From Octopus vulgaris (lineage: Eukaryota), in assembly GCA_951406725.2 (NCBI GenBank), contig OX597833.1, forward strand, positions 28,272,001 through 28,336,000: a DNA stretch of 64,000 nt, read 5' to 3'. The notes under the pieces are model-generated. The model saw only the letters and a program-made list of their open reading frames with translations, was not told the DNA's origin and searched no databases. A program made the position numbers and the translations under genes. Shown here piece by piece: positions 13,740-28,150 of this stretch (position 1 is its first letter; each line of letters begins with the position of its first letter).

Positions 13740-14720
13740 GTTGTCCATGTACTGCTTATAATGCAAAGCAATAGAATCACAAACATTAAAAAACATTTTG
13801 GTCAGTATTTGTGCACATTCTCATCCAGTGACTCAATTTGTCAACTGCTGCCACTTTTGTACTGTAAACTTTTGTCTTTTATGTATCCCCATAAAAAAAA
13901 AAATGTCTAGTAATTTGTGGTCAAATGAATACCAAAAATATTTTACTGGGCCTTTTCTTCCAGTCCACCTGTTTGGCAAAATCTCATTATGGTAGGCCCT
14001 TACATTACCATGGTATGTAGGAGTGCCATGTCTTGCTTGATATTTGAAATAAAACTTCACATCTTCAAATTCCTCTTGGATACTTTGCATGACAGATTGT
14101 TGCAGCATGTTCAAGTAAATGGAACTAATCATATCACCATTAAAAAAACGAAAAGGTCCAATTAATCCTTTCAATAGTATACTGTAACTCCTGGTAAATT
14201 AACACAATGTTCCCTTGTAGTATGTGGATTCTCAGGCCAGTATTCTGGAACATTTCTTGTGGACAGTTCCATCTGCTTAACCTCCAAGTCAAGTGATAAG
14301 TTGCATAGGTGGATCCATTTGAAACTCTCTCTCTCTCTTAAACTGTTTTTATACTTCAGCTACCTTTTCAAACTTCTTGTAACACTTTAGGAAAATTTCC
14401 TTTGGTCAAAGCTTATTCTGGCTCTCTTCATTATCACTATTAGGTTAAAGTGGTAAGCTGGCAGAATTGTTCACATACTGGACAAAATACTTTGTGACAT
14501 TTCTTTCAGCTTTACATTCTGAATTCAAATTCTGCAGAGGTTGACTTTGCCTTTCATCTTTTCAGAGTTGTACACTGGTGCCATGGTAATTGACTATCCC
14601 CTTTCATTCAAAATTGCTGGCCTTGTGCCTATAGTAGAAATAATTTATATTGGGTTAAATCTAAAAAGAAATGAGTTATCTGCTATTAAAGTGTGTATGC
14701 ATTTCTCGGTAGTACACCCT
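13740..14720 (-). mobile_element. Decayed Tc1/mariner-superfamily transposase remnant
   Basis: ORF 13833-14174 contains IGPF.FF, YLNML, HGTPTYH...VRAY and PNRWTGRKGP, matching degenerate Tc3/DD37D-like motifs. A TIR-like agggtg lies near 14715, and a SINE interrupts the element at about 14450-14650. Confidence 0.65.
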
Positions 14721-15079
14721 ATGTGTGTGTGTATGTGTGTGCATGTTAGCATGTTGCATATATAAATATATGCATACATTGTATGTGTGCTGATGTGTAC
14801 CTACAAAAAACTACATGAAAGAGGACCTTTAACAGAATCCACTCTGTTGCAAGCATTTAGGCCAGTTTTCTGGTTTGAGAGGACTTTTTACCTTCTTTTA
14901 TTAAAGACTAGCTGAATTACCCAGTGTTGCCCAGGATACTGAGGTTCTTATTCAGATTGGTTAACAATAAATATGAAGATATGTATTTTTTCTCATAATT
15001 ATTTCAAAATATCTATATTTTATTTTAAAATATCCAAATTGTAATGATAATAGAATTTAGAACTGAAAATCTGCCAATC

Positions 15080-15690
15080 TTGAAGCACCTCAGTGTAAAC
15101 AATATTCATTGTGTAATTTTTTTGTTGGTGTCCAAATGAATAAATTGCTGTTTCCAACTTGTGAGCAACCAACATAAAGTTGGCCATGGGAAAAGCATGT
15201 AGTAGAAAGATAAAGTTCAACTACCTTGAGGGACTGACCCTGAGATTTGCTAATTGAAATGGAAACTGAAGCCTCTTAAATTTAAATGGAACATCTGTAG
15301 GTATGAGAGGAAATTTTGAAATAAAGATGTTTTCTTCTTTGTGACTACCTGAGAGTGTTGCCTGTAGGACATGGGACTTCATGGCAGTATCAATTAAGCA
15401 AGTTTCATTACGCAGGCAAGGTGGGTCAAGATTCCTAAGCAACATAATGGGAGCATCCAGCTTTAGTGTGAAGTTATGCGGTGGTTTCCCAGTTGGTTTA
15501 AGTGTATTCAGAAATTCAACAGGGTATTGAACAGCCTGATCTTGGTCAACTGTTGTGTGAATTGGTGGAAAAGTAATTTCTGATGTATATGTTAACTTTT
15601 GAAGTTCATGATCAAGTTTATCAACCATTTCATTCGTTGAAACCAGTATAGCTCTTTCACATAACCAGTTTACATCTGTGGAATTGACAA
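15080..15690 (-). pseudogene. Helitron RepHel PIF1-type helicase C-terminal fragment
   Basis: YPVEFLNTLKPTGKPPHNFTLKLDAPIMLLRNLDPP and IPTDVPFKFKRLQFP, then after frameshifts KSQGQSL...FSHGQLYVGCS and NIVYTEVL. Confidence 0.9.
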
Positions 15691-15784
15691 TCACACGCTC
15701 ACACACATACACTTTCACATCCACTGACACACACACTCTCACATACACTGACATACATATACTAAAACATACACAGACATACAT

Positions 15785-16495
15785 TTACGTAATGAACACA
15801 CAAACATAGACACACTCAGACACATATACACCCATACAAAATATGTCATGGTAGTGGTATAAAATGTCCTTTACTATCTTGTACATAATAAATGCAGAAA
15901 CATACACACATTCACGGGCACATACACACTCATATACAAAATGTGTCATCGTCATATAAAATCCCCTTTACTATGTCGTACATAACAAACATGCAAACAC
16001 ACACATACTGACAGGCACATACACACTCATGTACAAAATGTGTCGTCATCGTTGAGGTATAAAATCTCCTTTACTATAGTTCTGTATTTAAGAGATGAGG
16101 AATTATGTACATTATTTACATTTGACAGATATTTGTTCTCATCTTGTTTGTTGTTAACACAAGAGTTCAGCTGATGTATCCTCCAGCCTTCTTCAGGTGT
16201 CTTGGGGAAATTTCGAACTTAGGTTCTCATTCCCAAGACACCTGAAAAAGGCTGGAGGGTATATCAGCCGAAACATGTTAACAACAAACAAGATGAGGAC
16301 AAATATCCTCCTTTACTATGTCATACGCAATGAAAGCACAAATAGACACTCATACAAAATGTGTCGTCATTGCCGTGTTATAAAATGTCCTTTAGTTTGT
16401 CATACGTAATGAACATGGAAATGCATACATACTCACAGACACACTCATACAAAATGTGACGTCATCATCGTGGTATAAAATGTCCTTTACTATAG
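15785..16495. repeat. ~90-bp tandem repeat inside the Helitron (about 5 units)
   Basis: Recurring cactcatacaaaatgtgtcgtcatc...ggtataaaatgtcctttactat. Confidence 0.8.
16078..16307. mobile_element. Foldback Penelope pLTR-derived insertion with two inverted hammerhead-like motifs
   Basis: Inverted arms at about 16128-16207 and 16232-16307, with a 12-bp TSD ctcctttactat (16066-16077, 16308-16319). The + arm reads CTGAAAA-A-GGCTG...CAGCC-GAAA-CATG-TT and the - arm reads CTGAAGA-A-GGCTG...CAGCT-GAAC. Confidence 0.7.
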
Positions 16496-16794
16496 TTGAC
16501 TATAGAAAGATTATTTTCAAGAAAAATGTTGTATTGTGTTAGTCAAAATGAAGATAAGAATTACATGTTGACACTTGTGGGGTGTAATACTATTACCTTG
16601 TAAAATTTGATTTGATTTGGTGGAGCTATTTAAAAATGCATTGGGAACAGATACAAAGAATTTTATATAGAGAGAGACAATTCGCTGATGTTTTACACAG
16701 GTTGTATGACTGTACTATTTCTCATGTTGGTTTCTATTTTTCTGTTTAGTACGACTATATTATATAATTGTTATTGTGTTTTCTCTATTCACAG

Positions 16795-16864
16795 AGAATT
16801 GGAACTTGGTTCTCATGACATTGTAGAAATCTCTGGTGATACAATTAATGTGACCAACACTAAG
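16795..16864 (+). CDS. Kinesin-3 (KIF16B/STARD9-like), second coding exon (70 nt)
   Basis: Pyrimidine tract plus CAG acceptor (16792-16794) and AAG|GTGAGT donor. The phase matches exon 1 (CG|A = Arg), giving ELELGSHDIVEISGDTINVTNTK. This resembles, from memory, STARD9 ETKEGGRIIVEVDGKVAKIRNLK and KIF16B EKDLEAKFIIQMEKSKTTITNLK. Confidence 0.85.
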
Positions 16865-17499
16865 GTGAGTGTATTCATATATTCATAGAGGCACCCAAAA
16901 AATAATCTGGGGCTTAAAGTATTAGTAAACTATATCTTTTTCTGAACTATTTTCATTCATTTTTTGTTAAAGCAAAATTTGAACAAACAATAGAGATATA
17001 TTTAGACTATTTAAAACAACAACATTGTGCAAAATTCCCCCATATTCTACTTCAGGGTTGGTGTTGAATGTTCTGTCAACACCAAATGGTTAAAAATGGT
17101 TCCACCAGGCAAAGGTTACATATCATCTTTCACCAAACACATTCCATCTTTTGCCAGTATATCCTCAAGGACAGTTCACTCCTCCCAAGATGGCATTTCT
17201 TTTCTAAGACTGCTATATTTTGGTGATAGACCCATTAGTACAATCTGTTGAATGATCTGCAGTGAGGGATCAAACATACAGATGAATATGTTTGAGAACC
17301 TCTATAGTGTACTAAATAGCTTGGATATTCACATTGAAGAACATGTCATCAGAAATACATCAGCTAAAAAAAAAAAACACATGGAGAAATGCCAACCCAA
17401 GATATCATACTTAAAATCAAAGCAGCAGAACACAACGTCAGTAATTTAAGGATTAAGAAGATTGGCCTCACTCATAAACTGAATCAATTTATTAACAAT

Positions 17500-17875
17500 A
17501 AGCAGGTGTGGCTGAGTAATAAGAAGCTTGCTTCCCAACCACATGGCTCCAGGTTTAGTTCCACTGTGTGGCACCTTTGGCAAATGTCTTCTCCAATAGC
17601 CTTGGACTGACCAAAGCCTGGTGAGATGATTTAGCAAATTGAAACTGAAAGAAGTCTATTGTGTGTGTATCTGTGTCTTTGTGTATGTGTTTGTCCCCCG
17701 CCACTACTTGACAACCAGTGTTGGTGTGTTCACACCCCTGTAACTTAGCAACTTGGTAAAAGAGACTGATAGAATAAGTACCAGGCTTTAAAAAAAGTAC
17801 TGTGATCAATTCGTTCAACTAAAATTTCTTAAAGGCAGTGCCCCAGCATGGCCACAGTCTAATGACTGAAACAAA
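17500..17875 (+). mobile_element. tRNA-derived CORE-type SINE, near full length
   Basis: gtggctg.gt..taagaag...ggtttagttcc head, a cacctttggcaaatgtctt core, and a gtgccccagcatggccacagtctaatgactgaaac tail. Many other copies (1890-2070, 24160-24350, 25970-26300, 26555-28310, 28605-29050, 53960-54200, 55325-55680). Confidence 0.8.
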
Positions 17876-18562
17876 CGATAACAGATGAACCACATGAAAC
17901 AGATTGGTAAATACAACAACACCAGTTTGCCACTATTCTCTATTTTCTCTTGATAAAGATGCTTTATCCCTGAAATATTGGAAAAACAAGGTAAAGTGTA
18001 AACTATTCTTTTGTTTTCACTCTTTTACTTTCAACTATCATTGTACTGGCTTTTAAAACAATTTTAACAACTGTATCACACAATACTTCATTCAAACTTC
18101 ATCATCACACCTGAATAAGACTGCCTTTCTTTATTATGTTGAATCAGTCTTCATCAGTTAGTGTAGATTGACAGATGTAATGTTTATACATACTAATATG
18201 TAATATTGAGAGATAGCTCAGTATATTGGTTTTCATTTATTACATAGATGTATTAATCCTATGTATGGTGGTAGTGGCAGTGGCTGTGGTGGTGAGGGTG
18301 GTTGTGTGTGTGTGTAAAAATAATACCAAAACATCTTCCAATCTCCTGGTTTGAAACTATTACTCTGCAGAAAATATTTTCCAGTATTTTCAACTCTTAA
18401 GCATGCCACACACAAGTATAACATTTACATACGGATTTGGAATACTGAAATAACACACCACTTGGATTGTAGCCCTATCTATATGATATGTGTGTGTGTG
18501 TGTGTGTGCGTGCGTGCGTGCATATATATGTACATGTGTGTGTGTATGTGTATATATATATA

Positions 18563-19386
18563 TGTGGTCTGGTCAATAAGTATCCTGACCATTGTCATAG
18601 TAACAAAGCTAAAGCACACTTGGCACAGATTGACCTTGAACTCTGCTGTGCATGCACACTAAGTTTTAACATTCTAGCTCACTTCCGCTGTTTACTGCAG
18701 TGCTTGAAAAGGTGTGTAGCGTCTGGTCGTCGCATTGACAATGACAAAGTTGAGCAGAGAATCTGCATCAAATTTTGCCAAAAGCTTTGTGATACCTGCT
18801 CAGAGGCCTACGCAAAATTTTCAAAAAGTTTCCATCATTCTTGACACAATCAAGGAGATCTTGTGCAACTGAAGCCCAAATGTCCTTTTGGTCAGCTAAA
18901 AGCAGTTTTAGCACAAAGCTGGCAGACATATGTCTCATACCCAAATCTTCAATAATAATAGACTGAACTGTAACTAATCACGGCTGGTGATTTGACAATT
19001 TCCCCTCACAGCTGCATGCACATCTGTGCTGTTTTTGTCAGTTCAGCTGGTTGTGGGTCTCCCAGAACATTTGTCAATATCGACAATTTTCTCTCCTATC
19101 TTGGAAATGTCTGATCCACTCATATACTCCTCTCCATACACTTTCTGAAACTCCACGTAGGCCTCTGAGCAGGTATCGCCATAACTTTTTCTGTCATGGT
19201 TAATGCAATGATCACATGCTACACACCTTCTTTCCAAGCACTGCTGTAAACAACAGAAGTGAGCTAGAATGTTAAAGCTTAGTGCTCATGCAGAGTTCAG
19301 GGTCAAGTTTTGCCAAGCAGCTTTACTCTGTGTGCTTTAGCTTCATTACTGTGGCAACAATCCAGATACTTATTGATCAGACCTCA
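18563..19386. mobile_element. Mariner-derived foldback non-autonomous element
   Basis: TA-flanked long inverted arms (tgtggtctggtcaataagtatc... / ...gatacttattgatcagacctca). Both arms retain mariner N-terminal coding remnants (EQRICIKFCQKL; DTCSEAY). Confidence 0.8.
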
Positions 19387-20442
19387 TATATGCATATATG
19401 TAATATTTACTCATTTCCTACCTTGAGGTGCCACTTGGACACCTCGTCTCCTTGCAGCTACTACTGATTCATTTCTCCCCCCGTAAAAGTGGTCACCTAC
19501 AACTAGAACCTACTTTGTGCCCCCACCACTTCTTTTGTACCTTAACCTTCACCTGCTACCATAAACTCCTTCTCTCAGGTTTTATAAGCTTGCAGGCTGC
19601 ATGGCAACCTCAGTAATTCCAAAGCACCCAGTACACATTATAAAGTGGTTGGTGTCAAACAGGACATCCAACCATAGGAACCATGCTAAAGCAGACATCG
19701 GAGCATAATGCAGTCCCTGGACCCACTGGATCCTGTGAAAACGTCCAACCCAAGCCAGCATGGAACATGGATATTAAATGGTGATGATGTAATATATGTT
19801 AAGTATTTGGCATTAGGAAGGGTATTGAGCTGTAAATACTATGCTAAAAACAGATCCTGCCAGTACTGGTGCCACATAAAAAGCACTCAGTTCACTCTGT
19901 AAAGTGGTTGGCATCAGGAAGAGCATCCAGCTGCAAAAACCATGCCGAAACAGGCTATGGAACTTGGTACAGCTCCAAAGCCTTACCAGTTCCTGTCAAG
20001 CTGTCCAACCATGCCTCCATGGAAAATGGATGATGATGATGATAACATTAGCACATAGTATTACTTCAACATCTGGATATCAATGTATACCTCTTTTAAA
20101 AGGAACAGTCTGCTCATAAAATTAACATGCAGGTGGCTGAGCACTCCTCAAATACATGTACCCTTAATATAGTTCTCAGGGAGATTCAGCTTGACAAAGC
20201 AGACCCTTTGAATTACAGGTACTACTCATTTTTGCCAGCTGAGTGGACTGGAGCAACGAGAAATAATGTCTCACTTAAGGACACAACACACTGCTGGGAA
20301 TTGAACACACGACTTTACAAACCAAATTTCATAACCACTAAGTCATGCATATTCACTAACACACATGCACACATATTCAATAGCTATTATATATATTTGT
20401 TCAGACAAGCAGATATTTATTATCTGTCTTCATCTTCCTACT

Positions 20443-20479
<37 letters not shown>

Positions 20480-22676
20480 TTTCCTCCATTTACCGTACAT
20501 CTCTTGTTTCAAAACTAGTTAATTTAATTCTTTAAGAGTTCCCTCCCCATCTCTCTCTCCCTCTTACTCCACTACTCTCTGTTCCTGTTCTATTCTCTTC
20601 TTTTCTTCCTCTCACTCTTTCACACTAACAACTCTTTTGTCTCTGTCTGTAGTGTAGGCATAAACAATTGTATCTGTGTGTGTGTGTGCGCGCACACACA
20701 CACGCATGCGTCGCTTGTAAATAAACAGCTGTATATGTGTATGTGTGATATTTGTAACTTCGCTTTTGACTTGAGTCATACATAAAATGGGATGGACAAA
20801 TGTGGGTGCGTGCATAAGTGTAGTTGTGTGTATTTACATTTGTATTTAACTATATTGTATTCATGTATGTATCTGCATGGTTGTCTACTTCTCTATACTT
20901 GTATGTATAGTTTCTACACAGTTGTGTGTGTGTGTGTGTGTTAAAAGTATGTCAATGTGTTCAAATTTGACATTTCTGCTTCAACTCGACTCACTGTTCA
21001 GTATTTGCTTTAGATAATGTTGTTGCTTAGTCGCAGTTCAGTCCTAATCAAAGCATACCTGTGATCAAAGACATTCCCACTATGACCATCCCGTTTTCTT
21101 CAACTAGGAAGTGTTCCCTCCTTAATGTTCCCTTTAAATAGTGCTGATAAAGTAAATGTCATATACTGAGATTTAATATAACTTATATCACCACCCACCT
21201 GTCTTTATAGCATCATGCTCTTATTGTTGGAAGGATTTCAAGAATGGTCTTTTGTTGTTAAGCATGAGGTAGTTGTCATAGCAACAATTCACTTCTTTTC
21301 CCATGCATTTGACATTGGCATTAGTGCCCACAACAACATCCCTACTGAATCAACAAGGGAGCTTCTATGTTAAGGATGGAGAAGCTGTTTAGCATCAAGG
21401 GCAAATTATAAGGGTGGAGAAGTTCTTTAGCTGGGGCACCACCTTGAAGTGTTTTAATCGAACAAATTGACCCCAGTACTTATTTTAAAGTCTAGTACTA
21501 TTGGTCTCTTTTGCTTAACCACTAGGCCACAAGGAGATAAACAAACCAATACTTGTTGTCAAGCAGTGGCAGGGTTGTGTGTGTGTGTGTGTGTGTTCTT
21601 ATTTCTGTCATTGAACTGGTGTTATACTGAGGTACCGCCTTGTAAGGCTTTGTCATTCGAATCAACTCCTGTACTTACTTCAAGTCTGGTAATTATTTTA
21701 TTGATCCCTTTTTGCCTATCAAGTAATGGGAACAAATACAAAGAGAGACACCCGTTCTCATGCACACACACACATATATGCTTCTGTCAACTAAATTCAC
21801 TCATTAGGCATTGGTTAGCCAGGACTAAAGTAGAGAATGCTTTCTAGATGCTACAGAATGGGACTGAACTTGAAACCATATGGCTTTGAAATGAATTTCT
21901 TAACCACAAAAACATTCTATGTTTGTAAGTATACATATACAGGATGAGCCAGGTATTCTGAACAAACTTGGGCTACAAATGGATGATGGCATAATGTAAT
22001 GTTACATGATAGCTGCCAAATTTCAATGTTCCCATTTCTCTTTCAGACACATCAACTGCCTCAATATAGCAGATTCCTATCTGACATAAGAACGGAGAAG
22101 GCACTCAGTGCTCATGACTTTAGCTTTCAATCACATTGTCTCAGAGATTGTCAGCTTCTAAATGTGGCTGGGTCCTTTGTGTTCAGGTTTGGGAAAGATT
22201 TGGTAATCGTCAGGTAGTGAATATCATCCATAACCAAGAGGAAGAGATATTCTTGGTGGTCAGACTTCATCAAGTTAGGCATATTTGTCTAGCAGGTCTA
22301 GGACATCATCAACAACCACAGTAAATTCATGGTGGCCATCACCAAACAACTGAATGTAGCAGTCCACTATCAGATGTGTGATATATTAGGACATTAAGTA
22401 CAAATGTGAGATATAGTCATGTAATTTCATGGGTCTCTTGATTTTAGCTTCCTGGGCTGCTGTCATTGGCAGTGGTGGCCATTCTGAGTGGCATAAGTTG
22501 GGACTACCTGATCATAGCATACAGCAGTCACTTATATGGCTGCATTGGAGCTGTCATAGAGGTTGGTGGCAGTTTTGTTGAATGGCTTCTTTCTTTTGTG
22601 AACATGTGTGTCATGGCAGTTTACCCTGTAGCTTGATGCCTTTGTTTTCCTCTTGTCTTGTTTCAATCTTGCCTGA

Positions 22677-22726
<50 letters not shown>

Positions 22727-22731
<5 letters not shown>

Positions 22732-23000
22732 GGAAAAACCAAAGTAGAATGAGTGTCTCAAGTCATTTAGAATAATTTAATTAGGGTGAGGTGAACTTGA
22801 AGTTTTGCACCCGTTTCTGGGATAACCCAAGTGGTAGGTTAATATGTCCACAGACTGGGTATTCTGTCATCAGAGACAAGGTATGAATATTTTAGGCAAG
22901 GAAAATTTACAGTTTACAAGGAATAAGATAGAAGAATAAAGAGTAAAGGTAGTTAGAAGAATATAGGCAGGAGAATAATGTTCACAACTCATAATTTTCC
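22727..23000 (-). mobile_element. Penelope pLTR-like remnant with degenerate hammerhead motif
   Basis: Abuts (TA)n. The minus strand reads CTGATGA (22867-22873), a helix II aatacccag.../ttgggttat, then GAAAC-GGG-T (about 22809-22817). Confidence 0.5.
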
Positions 23001-23079
23001 AGAGAATATGGTTGTTGGTTGGTACTTCCATGAAGGTACAGGTCCTTAGTTAAAATCCTAGGAAAATCCAAGCAGTCCT

Positions 23080-24140
23080 TTATATTTTAAAAGTTGCCAG
23101 ATCTTTCGTCTATAAAGTTTGTAAGGAGCTAGAGACTGAGGATGGAAACATGTTACCAGTATCAAAGCATAAAAAGCATTCTAAATGCTCTGAAATCATC
23201 AAAACACCTGAATTTAACCAGCAAATTCAACAGATCATTGATTACAATCCCAGAAAGTTCATGAGGTCAGTTGCAAAAGATCTCCATGTGTCAGAAGGAA
23301 CAGTCAGAAATGTTGTTCACGAAGACATCAGATATGTCTTATATGATGAGGAAAGGTCAATTTATCAGAAAAAGCATGAGAAGTTCACTACATCTAAAAG
23401 GCTCTTAAACAAGCAGATGAATTGATTTGGTTTTCCTCAAATGAGCAAAACTTCGACCAAGATCAAAAAGCTAACAGAAGAAATAGCAGATGGTTATGTG
23501 CAGACCTTTCTGAAGTTTCAAGTGTTATACATACAAAATTTCCTGCAACTGTCATGTTTTTAGGGGTTGTCAGCAACGAAGGACATGTGATGCCTCCTTA
23601 CTTCTTTCCACAGGGCCATAAATTTAACTCTGCTGCCTACATTGAGGTCCTGGAAATAACTGTTAAACCCTGGGTAGACTGTATGCAATGGAAGGCCATA
23701 TGTGTTTCAGTAAAACTCTGCACTGTCACACATGGCTCTTGTAACACAGGAATGGATGGTTGAAAATTTTCATGATCACGTAACCCCTAACATTTGGCCT
23801 CCTAATTCCCCAGATCTCAATCCATTGGACTATTACATATGGAGCATTGTTGAGAGAGAGGTCAATGAACATGCCCATAACACCAAAGGTTCTTTGAAAG
23901 CTGCCATAGTCTGAGTAATGTCCAAAATGAAACAGGACCACTTTATTCAAGCATGTAGATGATTTAGATCTTTTATAGAAGCAGTCGTTGAAGCTGAAGA
24001 TGGCTTTATTGATTAACATTATAGAAAAGAAGGTTTATTTTTATCCTCATAGCATTTTGTGATAAATAAAGTTATCAGCTGTTATTATATATGTTTTTTT
24101 ATAAACATAAATCTGTCCTCAAATATCTTACGCACCCTGT
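23080..24140 (+). mobile_element. Tc1/mariner DD37D (maT-like) transposon, decayed and 5'-truncated
   Basis: Frameshifted transposase: RSVAKDLHVSEGTVRNVVHED, HTKFPATVMFLGVVSNEG, and FQ*NSA followed 37 residues later by the D of WPPNSPDLNPLD. The right TIR ...gcaccctg|ta lies at about 24132-24141. Confidence 0.88.
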
Positions 24141-26754
24141 ACACACACACACGTGTCTTTATGTTTGTTCTATATTATCCCTTGACAGCCGGTGTTGGTT
24201 CATTTACGTCTCTATAACTTAGTGGTTCAGCAAATGGGACTGCTAGAATAAGTATCAGACTTAAAATTTAAAGTACTGGGGGTCAATTTTTCAACCTTTC
24301 AAGGTGGTATGATTGCATGGCTACAGTCTAATAACTGAAACATGTAAAAAGAGAAAGAAAAATAAGATAAACACATACCATTTTTGTAATTTTAAATGTA
24401 ACCAAAAATTGCCCTGATTCTCATGCAGCTGTGGAAGACCAAGTGTTGTAGGGTAGGGAGCTGGAAAAGCATAAATCCACTAGGCACAATAATTGTTACT
24501 AATAATAGAATATTGAAAACAAGCCAAACTATCACAGTATGTTTGCATTAACTTAAGAATAAATTGCTTATGGTATGTTGGAAGTTATGTGGAGAGGTCA
24601 TTATATCTTCCTCTGCATACATAACCCACACTTGATGTATGTCTTACATTATTTAATGACTGTTCTACCTTTAAGAAACATTGTTTTAGTTATCTAAATG
24701 AAATTCTCTGAGAAAGATGAAAGGAATGTTTAACTTTCATCTGCTGATCAGCTATTTGCAATGAGTGGATGGCAACAAAAGCATAGCAGTGGTGCACCAC
24801 CTTGATAACTGATAACACAAAACATCATCGTGAAAAATATGAGTTTTACATACTGTGTGGTAATTGTCTTGACCAACATACAAACATCTTACACAGTTTA
24901 TCTGAAAGAAGAGAATACAGTACTTGTGTAATGTAGTTTATAGAGGATAAATTTATGGCTTCATGCTTTATTCCAGTACACTGTCACAGCATTATATTTG
25001 AATGCATAGAATCATACATTTTCCCCTTATTAAACCATTTAAAAATATCTTTCAATCTGGCACACCATCACTTATGATGATGAGATTTCCAGTTGATCCA
25101 ATCATTGGGACAACCTGTTTATGAAATTAACATGCGAGTGGCTGAGCACTCCACAGACTTAAGTACCCTTAACATAGTTCTCAGGGAGATTCAGCATGAC
25201 ACAGAATGTGATGAGGGTGGCCTTTTGAAATAGAAATACAACTTATTTTTGCCAGCTGGCAAAAAATATCTTTCAATATAGGAATCTTGACATGCCTGCT
25301 CAACATACTAGAATGTTAGTAGAGGCTGCTAAGTCTTATTTTGTCATCTTGAATAAGGAAGGACACATTGGTTAATAGTTCTACATACATTATATCTAAA
25401 AGAAAAACATGAGGTCTCACTGGAATGCATTAGCCCATTAGCATTCAAATTACTCTGTCACATGTAATGCTTATTTATTTACATTGTTTTGAATTAATCC
25501 TGCATTATCTTGTAGCTTCAAGATTTTGATGTGATGGATCTGGTTAGTTTGAACATAAAACATAATATTTGGGCCAGATATGGTTGGTTTAAATATGTAA
25601 GAGTTGGGTCATAAGCCTGCCCAGTGAGAGTTGACCTGCTGCTAAACTACAACTACTGGTATTTATTTGAATGACGCCCCACTACCAAGAAGATGAAAGG
25701 TAGTGGTGAGAATTGAACACAGAATGTAAAAGATCATATCTGAGTTTTGTAAGGAACTATGTCCAGTTCCCTAAGGATTCTACCTCCCACTGTTCTTGTT
25801 TTTGATTTTGATACGCTATTCAATCTTGGTTTTTGATTATAACAAGGTAACCTTTGATCTAGCAATGGTGCTGGTGGTGACAGAACTTTTGACCAGCTGT
25901 TGATGGGGGTAATCAACTAACATTTCCATTACTGCTTTGTGTCAGTGTGTGTGTATTTTTATCTTTTATCATTTACTTGTTTTAGTCATTAGACTGCGAC
26001 CATGCTGGGGTACTGCCTTGAAGAATTTTAGTCAAACAAATCAACCCCAGTGTTTTTTTAAAGCCCGGTTATCAGTCTCTTTTTGCCAAACCACTAAGTT
26101 ATAGGGATGTAAACACACTTACACTGGTTGTCAAGCAGTGGTGGGGCACGTTCATACACACACACACACACACACACACAGATATATGCACAACAGGCTT
26201 GTATCAGTTTCAATTTACAAAATCTACAGGTAGTAGAAGTCAGTGGGACTGAACTTAGGACTATGTGATAGGGAAGCAAACTTCTTACACCCAGCCACGC
26301 CTGCATCTATATGCGTACGTATATATCTAATTTTTATCATCACTTCGACATCCACTTTTCCATGCTTGCTTTGGTCAGGCAGAATGTGCTTCCATACAGT
26401 TTCCATTTTTAAATTCCACTTATAAGACATTAGTCAACTGAAGGTTATAGAAGAAGATACTGGCCCACAGAGCCATATACTGGGAACAAACCGCAAGGTG
26501 CTAAGTGAACTCCTTAACCACACAACCTCACCCCCTATGCATACATATATATTCTTTTACTTGTTTCAGTCATTCGACTGCGGCCATGCTGGAGCACCAC
26601 ATTTAAGGGTTTTAGCCAAACAAATCAGCCCCAGGACTTATTTTTTAATTTTTTAAGCCGAGTACTTATTCTATCAGTCTGAACCACTAAGTTATGGGGA
26701 TGTAAACACACCAACACCGGTTATCAAGTGGTGGTGGGGATACAAACACGCATC

Positions 26755-28150
<1,396 letters not shown>

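Larger units (their letters stand above)
14908..16676 (-). mobile_element. Non-autonomous Helitron carrying a PIF1-helicase fragment and a tandem repeat
   Basis: On the minus strand the 5' end is TCTCTCTATATAAAA (about 16676) and the 3' end is a ctgggcaacactggg hairpin followed by CTAG|T at 14908-14911. A helicase fragment lies inside. Confidence 0.85.

Noticed and set aside
17500-17580. tRNA genes
   Set aside because: These are A/B-box-bearing SINE heads with no complete cloverleaf, and they continue into SINE core sequence.
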